From Amoebidium appalachense (lineage: Eukaryota; Protista; Ichthyosporea), in the NCBI GenBank assembly GCA_963693365.1, contig CAVNZM010000074.1:1-13697 (forward strand): a DNA stretch of 13,697 nucleotides, read 5' to 3'. Within the stretch, counting starts at the first letter, position 1, and the number at the start of each line of letters is the position of its first letter. This document shows, piece after piece, positions 8,061-13,697 of the stretch. The translations under genes and the position numbers were made by a program. The notes beneath the pieces were generated by a model. It had not been told where the DNA came from, ran no database searches, and worked only from the letters and a program-made list of their open reading frames with translations.

Positions 8061-8561
8061 ATGGACAACATGGACGATCTATACATGCAGATCGCCGCGG
8101 ACATGTCCGAGAACGAGCAGCGCAAACTGGCGACATACGAAGAGTTTGAGCGGACAACAGGCACGCGCAACAACTGGTTGGACGCAGACATTGTCGAGAA
8201 TTACGAGTGGACCGAGGAGCAGATCCACACGTTCTGTCGTACACTAGTGGCTTATTCCCGCCCGGACGGTGTGTACCTCTTCAAGCGTTTCAAGGATGGG
8301 AGATTCGTCCATGAGGTCAAGTCCAAGAAGAAGGTGGCCGACATGCTGTCCAAGTACAAGTTCAAATACAACCCGACGGGCAAAAAGGTGGAAACATACA
8401 AGGGCTCATGGCATCTGGACAGCAGCCAAATGGTCGTCTACGACGGTGGTATTGTTTTCGACCCCAGCGACCCCGACCCCAAGACCCGTGTCCGTAACCA
8501 GCGATACACGTCTACCCACAGCCGTACGTTCAACACTGCGGGGGCGCCTGGGGGGCCCTGA
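8061..8561 (+). CDS. Paralogue of the helicase N-terminal domain, ending before the ATPase core (166 aa; possibly a truncated pseudogene)
   Basis: Collinear matches to the helicase: TYEEFE/SYDAFE, WTEEQI/WTLDEV, VAYSRPDGVYL/IAYVSREGAYL, ETYKG/DTYNG, VFDPSDPDPKT/VFDPSSPDPRT, RTFNT/RAYNM. ACAATGG start. The last codons and the stop lie in the GC-rich repeat. Confidence 0.8.
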   Translation: MDNMDDLYMQIAADMSENEQRKLATYEEFERTTGTRNNWLDADIVENYEWTEEQIHTFCRTLVAYSRPDGVYLFKRFKDGRFVHEVKSKKKVADMLSKYKFKYNPTGKKVETYKGSWHLDSSQMVVYDGGIVFDPSDPDPKTRVRNQRYTSTHSRTFNTAGAPGGP

Positions 8562-8635
8562 GGGGCATGCGAGGCACGCGAGGCCCGCGAGGCACGTGTG
8601 CCACGGGAGCCACCCACAGCCCCTCAAGCCCTCAC
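8540..8635 (+). repeat. GC-rich dispersed intergenic repeat, copy B
   Basis: CCTGGGGGGC-(GAGGCACGC-like 9-mers)-GTGTGCCACGGGAGCC..CAGCCCC, the same layout as copies C and D. Confidence 0.85.
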
Positions 8636-8691
8636 TGGTATGCACAGCATCGGGTGTCGTGGCTTGTATATTTTTTCTAGCGCCAACTACA

Positions 8692-9387
8692 ATGGCTAGC
8701 ACGCTGTGTGACGAAGGTTTGGTGAGGGACCGACTTATGCGACTGGAGGGTGGGAAGAGCGAGGTGCATACTCCCGCCGGTAGGATCGACCTGCTGACGG
8801 ACACAGAAGTCATTGAAGTAAAGAAGGTTCAACGTTGGAAATCGGCAATGGGGCAGGTGCTTGCATACACAGATTACTACCCCACCCACCGTGCACGAGT
8901 CCATCTATATGGCTACGCCCCCGCCAACACATACAAGGTAGCTGTGGAAACCATGATGCGCCATAACATTACCGTCACCACCGAGCATGATACACTGCAG
9001 CATATGTGGGGTCCACTCGCCAAAGCAGAAACTGCAAAACCCAAGAATGCCCAGCAGAAACAAGCCGAACAGCAATTTTTAAAAGATTTGGTCTCTCATA
9101 CCAATGGATGTGAGGACATGACTTTCATAAAGGATGACTGCCGCGTGACTTCATCTGACCTGTACCAACTATACCTTTCGTGGCATAAACGGAATACTTC
9201 TAACACAGCTACTCCAAGTTTGAAAATCTTTGGCGTAAACCTCAGGAAGATTCTGGGAAAACCTATCGGCGTCAAAGCAAAAAGGGTGACGCGCTGGCCA
9301 GACCACCCACGTGTGTCTGAAACAAACAATGTTCTGTATTGCTACAGGATCGACAGCCAGGTCATTAACAGCCAGGAGCAGTCGTGA
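8692..9387 (+). CDS. PD-(D/E)xK-type nuclease domain fused to a helicase-like C-terminal winged-helix domain (231 aa)
   Basis: The N-terminal E..VRDRL....GGKSEVHTPAGRIDLLTDTEVIEVK....WKSAMGQVLAY fits the restriction-endonuclease-like D...ExK signature. The C-terminal ~110 aa align to the end of the adjacent helicase. ACAATGG start. Confidence 0.85.
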   Translation: MASTLCDEGLVRDRLMRLEGGKSEVHTPAGRIDLLTDTEVIEVKKVQRWKSAMGQVLAYTDYYPTHRARVHLYGYAPANTYKVAVETMMRHNITVTTEHDTLQHMWGPLAKAETAKPKNAQQKQAEQQFLKDLVSHTNGCEDMTFIKDDCRVTSSDLYQLYLSWHKRNTSNTATPSLKIFGVNLRKILGKPIGVKAKRVTRWPDHPRVSETNNVLYCYRIDSQVINSQEQS

Positions 9388-9419
9388 TGGAATTTATTTT
9401 CTCCCACTTCTGTAACACA

Positions 9420-9665
9420 ATGTTCCTATGCACGTGCCGGTCTGACCGAGGCGCTGTCATGGTCAAGGAGTATAAGGTGTATCGGTGCACAGTCGACGGC
9501 TGCAGCTATTTCACCACCCGCAACAGCAACTTTGCCGCGCACAGCGACAAGCACACAGGCGCCCTGCGACACGTGTGCACGCATGCAGGGTGCGGGCGGC
9601 AGTTTCGGTATGCTCTGAGCCTCAAGCGGCACACCGCCAAGCACCAGAGCCCAACCCAAACCTAG
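9420..9665 (+). CDS. Small protein with two C2H2 zinc fingers (81 aa)
   Basis: YRCTVDGCSYFTTRNSNFAAHSDKH-TGALR-HVCTHAGCGRQFRYALSLKRHTAKH: two C-x4-C-x12-H-x3-H fingers with a TGEKP-like linker. Start could be 9387, 9420 (ACAATG) or 9459. Confidence 0.85.
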   Translation: MFLCTCRSDRGAVMVKEYKVYRCTVDGCSYFTTRNSNFAAHSDKHTGALRHVCTHAGCGRQFRYALSLKRHTAKHQSPTQT

Positions 9666-9671
9666 CGCCCA

Positions 9672-9752
9672 GGCCCTGGGGGGCCCGCGAGGCACGCGAG
9701 GCACGTGCGCCACAGGAGCCCCCCCAGCCCCCCAGGCCCCCAGGCCCCCAGC
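9672..9752 (+). repeat. GC-rich dispersed intergenic repeat, copy C
   Basis: CCTGGGGGGC (9675-9684) and GCCCCCCAGG (9727-9736) are inverted arms enclosing GCGAGGCAC x2 and GTGCGCCACAGGAGCC. Confidence 0.85.
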
Positions 9753-9805
9753 CGGCCCGGGTGGGTGACCGAGGACGACAGATATGGACTCGACTCGGGG
9801 TGGGT

Positions 9806-10681
9806 TTATTGACGCGCCGCGGCGGCCCAGGTAGCAAACGCCGTGCGGCCATCCACAAGCGCCTGCGCGACCTTCCCGGGGTCGACGTCCATGGGCGACG
9901 CAAACAGCCTCCGCTCCGGAGCGACCACCACGAGGCGGTCTCCGAGGCGGGTGCGGAGGTTGGCGAACTCGGTGGCCGCTAGCTCGGTGCCCGAGTCACG
10001 CTGCAGAGCATAGCAGAGCTCCATGCCCGTTTTTGGCACGGATTCTGCGGGGCAGTGCGCCAGCGAGTCGCACAGCACCGTGACGTAGATGCCGTCGAAC
10101 CCATCTGCGGCATCCTCGAGTGCCTTGGTGAGGGGCACCAGCTCAGAGACCCCGCCGTCCAGAAACACGGTGCCGTCGTACTCGACGGGGGGGACCGCGA
10201 GTGGAAGGGCCGAAGACGCGCGCATGCCGACCTGGTACTCGGGCCCTGTGAACCACCGCTCCTTCTTGTTGAGGAAGTCCCAGGCGACGCAGTGACAGCG
10301 CGTGTAGATGTCCGCGTCGATGCCCTCCAGAAGCGCCGCCGCACGCTCCTGCAGGGTGAAGCGGCTGTACGCCGCCCCGTACAGCATTGACCCCACAACC
10401 GTCCTCCAACTTTTCGGAAGCAGCGCCATTGCGCCGCCCCACGGTTCCACAATGTCCTCCACGCACTTCAGCTTCCCCAGCTCGCGCGCCAGGTCGTCCA
10501 GGCGGTCGGCAACCACGAACGGCGCCACCAGCGCGCCGACGGACGTGCCGTACACCCTGTCGACCTGGTACAGCCCCGACGCGAGCATCCCCTGCATGAA
10601 CCCGACTTGGAAGCAGCCCTTGACGCCGCCCCCGGGCAGCAGGATCCGCACACGTGTCCTGGCTTGGGAGGGTGTGTCCAT
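9806..10681 (-). CDS. Patatin-like phospholipase (291 aa)
   Basis: Oxyanion loop GGGVKG, nucleophile elbow GTSVG, RASSALP motif and catalytic DGG. AATAAA overlaps the stop codon. Confidence 0.95.
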   Translation of the reverse strand: MDTPSQARTRVRILLPGGGVKGCFQVGFMQGMLASGLYQVDRVYGTSVGALVAPFVVADRLDDLARELGKLKCVEDIVEPWGGAMALLPKSWRTVVGSMLYGAAYSRFTLQERAAALLEGIDADIYTRCHCVAWDFLNKKERWFTGPEYQVGMRASSALPLAVPPVEYDGTVFLDGGVSELVPLTKALEDAADGFDGIYVTVLCDSLAHCPAESVPKTGMELCYALQRDSGTELAATEFANLRTRLGDRLVVVAPERRLFASPMDVDPGKVAQALVDGRTAFATWAAAARQ

Positions 10682-10713
10682 GTTGATGTAGGGCGCGATA
10701 AGAGTTGACGGCT

Positions 10714-11511
10714 TCATTCCAAATCCAGGGCGTTGCACACCGAGACCAGGTTTGCCCTTGCGCAGTCCAGCACGAAGGCCGCCAGCTCGGAGTAGTCGTG
10801 GGGGGGCGGCTGGCTCTGCGCGGCCAGCAGCAGCGAGTGGTAGCGCTCGCGGGAGCTGCGGTCTGTGTACAACGAGAGGGGAACGGCAATATAGGGCGAG
10901 AGCAGCACGCTGACCAACAGACGGGCGACGCGCCCGTTGCCGTTGCTGAACGGGTGGATGTAGAGGAACTCCCCGAGGAAACGGGCGGCGACCTGTATGG
11001 CACCGAGAACGTCATTGCAGCCTTGGAGTTCGGTGCGTGTCCTTTCGAACAGACGCTTGAGAGCCTCTTCGATCTTGAACGGTGCAAGGTACTGATGACT
11101 GCAGCCTGCGGGAAGCGCAAAGCGCACCCGATACCGTCCAGCGCTATCGAGCAGCCCGTCCATGACCTTGCGATGGACCTCCCTAGCGAGCTCCACCGTA
11201 AACGTGCCTGGATCAATCCCCTTCCAAACCCACGGTGTGGGGAACAGCTCGCGAACTGCTGTAACGACGTTTTTCAGTTTCTTCGATGAGCGCGTGTGTT
11301 CGGACATTTCATCGGGGCAGGAGATCAGCCTCTCAATATGTTCGACTGGGACCTTTTCGTTTATTTCCAATTCCATCAGGTGCTTGATGTATAACACTAG
11401 GTGGTGCGTTGTGTATCCCTGCATGAACAAAGCGCTGCTCTTATCGTTATCCAAAAACGTGCGCACCAGGTGGAGGCAGCGCACAACAGCACCTTCGCTG
11501 AGTTGAGACAT
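10714..11511 (-). CDS. Fic/DOC-domain protein (putative AMP-transferase), start uncertain
   Basis: Canonical Fic motif HPFSNGNGRVAR, preceded by EVHRKVMDGLL..AGRYR. The first ATG is at 11511, but the frame stays open to ~11604. Confidence 0.93.
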   Translation of the reverse strand: MSQLSEGAVVRCLHLVRTFLDNDKSSALFMQGYTTHHLVLYIKHLMELEINEKVPVEHIERLISCPDEMSEHTRSSKKLKNVVTAVRELFPTPWVWKGIDPGTFTVELAREVHRKVMDGLLDSAGRYRVRFALPAGCSHQYLAPFKIEEALKRLFERTRTELQGCNDVLGAIQVAARFLGEFLYIHPFSNGNGRVARLLVSVLLSPYIAVPLSLYTDRSSRERYHSLLLAAQSQPPPHDYSELAAFVLDCARANLVSVCNALDLE

Positions 11512-11659
11512 CACGGTGTTGAACCGACAGATAAAGTACCACAAACTATCAAAATCGACCTTTACGTCACACGGCAACAACCCGGCCCATATCCACCTGC
11601 GCGTTCACCACCCTGTTCTCCTGCCCACCGGCCCCTACCCAGTCCACCGTTTTCTCCAC

Positions 11660-11805
11660 AAACCAGAGAGAACACGGCAGTGCCCATGAACGTTTGGCCC
11701 GTGATTTGCTAGAGAACAGCATCGCCGGTCCCCCCCATGTCTCCCGGAACCCAAGAGAACACCATGGCATCCCCAACCATGTCTCCCGGATCCTTGGAGA
11801 ACAGG
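11660..11805. repeat. Degenerate 42-44-bp tandem repeat upstream of the Fic gene
   Basis: GAGAACA at 11668, 11712, 11755 and 11797. CCATGTCTCCCGGA is exact at 11735 and 11777. Confidence 0.75.
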
Positions 11806-11849
11806 TGCCGGGGGTGGACCCTGTTCGCCGATTGCTTTTTCCTAGGAGC

Positions 11850-11950
11850 GGGGCCTGGGGGGCATGAGGGGCACGCGAGGCACGGAAGGCACAGTGGTCT
11901 CACGGGTCTGTGTGCCACAGGCGCCCCCCCCAGCCCCCCCCAGGCCCCCG
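11850..11950 (+). repeat. GC-rich dispersed intergenic repeat, copy D, with 13-bp terminal inverted repeats
   Basis: GGGGCCTGGGGGG (11850-11862) and CCCCCCAGGCCCC (11936-11948) are perfect inverted arms. The interior shares motifs with copies A, B and C. Confidence 0.85.
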
Positions 11951-11994
11951 GAACAGGCAACGCGGAACCACAACTTCGTTCCAAAGCAGCGCCA

Positions 11995-12470
11995 GATGTG
12001 CCAATAAACGGCCAAAGCAGCGCGCAGTTGGCTACCCCGCTATTCGATCTGATTGGTCGAAAGCGTTCAAGATCCTGACCAAGGTTTCAGAATCTGTTTG
12101 TAATCGTTGAAAGGACTATTTCTTCGCGATTTCTATTAGAAATGTGACCGAATTGTTTATAAAACTATCTTGAATATGAAATTAGGTATAAAACGTTTGA
12201 TTTTATTCTTATGTTTGGTTCTAAGGGATAGAAGAGAAAAAGGCATCAGCTGTCATTGAAAAATCTTGAAGCACTGGCATTGCCTGCTCTTCGCGGGATC
12301 TGATTGGATCTTGAATTGGGTGTGATCCAATCCCCAGCAGCCAATCGTGCAGTTTGGTGATCTGGATCTGAAAGCATTCTCCCAATCAAACGCGTGACTG
12401 TCATTCCAAGCATTGTTTAATTGACCAATCGGATATCATTTCGTCAGCATCAGTTGGGAATTGGCTTCTA
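11995..12470. promoter_or_regulatory. AT-rich divergent promoter region with CCAAT-box cluster
   Basis: CCAAT/ATTGG at ~12001, 12052, 12303, 12316, 12327, 12341, 12382, 12425 and 12460, and GGTATAAAA at 12185-12193. It lies between the Fic gene (-) and the 12606 gene (+). Confidence 0.55.
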
Positions 12471-12605
12471 AGGGCACGGCACAGCTGATAGGGTGTCACT
12501 TTCACACACCTTCTGTAGTGTCAACATCAAAGGCTTTGAAGTCGCTTGTTAGGTCGCCTTTTACTGATTTTTCGCTTTGCACCCCCATTTCTACACACAC
12601 ACACC

Positions 12606-13517
12606 ATGGAACAAGTAGGCAAGCGCAGCTACAAATGGCTGACCGATCACCTTTTCACTAAGAACACCAAGGACAAATACATGGTCAAGTGCCGCGCTTG
12701 TGTCGCTGACATGCACAGCGACCAGATCCCCTCGCATGTGAAGGTGTGCAGGGAATTAAACCACTGCCAGGACGCCATCCTTGCCCTCGTCGCCGCAGAG
12801 AACGCCGTCGGGCCCGCGCGCGACAAGGTGCGTCCGTTGGTCACGGAGTTCGGGGGGTGCGCCGTGGCTGCACAGTCCGTCGTGCCGGGTCTGCGCCAGT
12901 ACCTGCAGCAGCCTGGGCGCAACGTCGTGGGCGCGGCTAAGGCACGGGCGGTGGCGCAGGCGCTCCACGACATGGCAGAGGCGGCTCGGGCGGTTAAGGA
13001 CGGGTATGTGGGTTTTTGGTCGGCGGAGGATGCTGTGGAGCGCAACAAGCAAGCGCTGCGCCATCGGATTGCCGAACGTGTCCACCGCCGCCAGGGCGGG
13101 GAGGGGCCCGGCCAGTTCGCCTACGTTCCCCGCCCCCCCGGTTCTCCCCGTCCAAACCTCGTCCCCTTTGCGCTCACACCCGGGGAGCTTGCAAGTGGCA
13201 ACGTGCTCCGGCAGTGCGAGATATTTCTGTTTGATCGAGTGCAGAGGGATCCGAAGTACCCTCCCGGGAAACGTATCGACTCGGACGATGTGTGGGGGGC
13301 GGAGGAGAGAGACTCTGCTCTTGCGGCATCGATCGATGAGTGGGCGGTGGAGGTTCCCGTTTGGTGGGATGAGGGCAACCACTATTTTGTTCAGGACATG
13401 GAGATGATTGAGCAGCGCCTGCGGGAGGGGTATGATTGGGTGATGAAGGTTGTTGCGGAGCTTGGAGTGAGGGCTGAGGGGGGGGGGGGGGGGGGGGGGT
13501 TGATGGGGTGGTGTTAG
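12606..13517 (+). CDS. Hypothetical protein with N-terminal C2HC zinc finger (303 aa)
   Basis: ACCATGG start, GC3-biased ORF, and CRACVADMHSDQIPSHVKVC = C-x2-C-x11-H-x3-C. The stop position depends on the length of the poly-G run at 13478-13499. Confidence 0.75.
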   Translation: MEQVGKRSYKWLTDHLFTKNTKDKYMVKCRACVADMHSDQIPSHVKVCRELNHCQDAILALVAAENAVGPARDKVRPLVTEFGGCAVAAQSVVPGLRQYLQQPGRNVVGAAKARAVAQALHDMAEAARAVKDGYVGFWSAEDAVERNKQALRHRIAERVHRRQGGEGPGQFAYVPRPPGSPRPNLVPFALTPGELASGNVLRQCEIFLFDRVQRDPKYPPGKRIDSDDVWGAEERDSALAASIDEWAVEVPVWWDEGNHYFVQDMEMIEQRLREGYDWVMKVVAELGVRAEGGGGGGGLMGWC

Positions 13518-13641
13518 CATGAGCTAGATGGGGGTTGGTTTGATGGGATGGTGTTAGCATGAGCTAGATGGGGGTTGGTTTGATGGGATGGTGTTAGCAT
13601 GAGCTAGATGGGGGTTGGTTTGATGGGATGGTGTTAGCATG
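13501..13641. repeat. 40-bp G/T-rich tandem repeat, ~3.5 copies
   Basis: TGATGGGATGGTGTTAGCATGAGCTAGATGGGGGTTGGTT starts at 13501, 13541, 13581 and 13621 (one substitution in the first copy). Confidence 0.95.
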
Positions 13642-13697
13642 GGAGGGCTTGGAAGTTGTTTGATGTGCTTCCGGGAGAAGTTCATGCACGAAATAAA

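Noticed and set aside
10143-11289. Long overlapping alternative-frame and antisense ORFs over patatin/Fic (also those over 5026-5502 and 12606-13517)
   Set aside because: They are the expected by-products of high GC and codon bias, and show no motifs.

Overview
Eukaryote-style DNA that is gene-dense and apparently intronless. It has GGTATAAAA TATA boxes, clusters of CCAAT boxes and ACAATG/ACCATG start contexts. The gene set suggests a large DNA virus, an endogenous viral element or a large eukaryotic mobile element rather than bacterial DNA. No capsid, integrase/transposase, polymerase or terminal repeat is visible, so the element type cannot be fixed. Recognisable genes: an SF3 (D5/DUF5906-like) helicase, a PD-(D/E)xK-type nuclease, a two-finger C2H2 protein, a patatin-like phospholipase, a Fic-domain protein, a protein with two MYND fingers, and several coiled-coil, membrane or unknown ORFs. 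The most striking observation lies directly downstream of the helicase, where its two non-ATPase ends recur as diverged paralogues. One is a stand-alone N-terminal domain (8061-8561). The other is the C-terminal winged-helix-like domain fused to a nuclease (8692-9387). A GC-rich dispersed repeat sits exactly where the ATPase core would begin, and the same repeat family marks three other gene junctions. The non-coding DNA holds palindromic tandem repeats, inverted iteron-like arrays and poly-G tracts. All family assignments come from motif reading by eye; no database searches were run.
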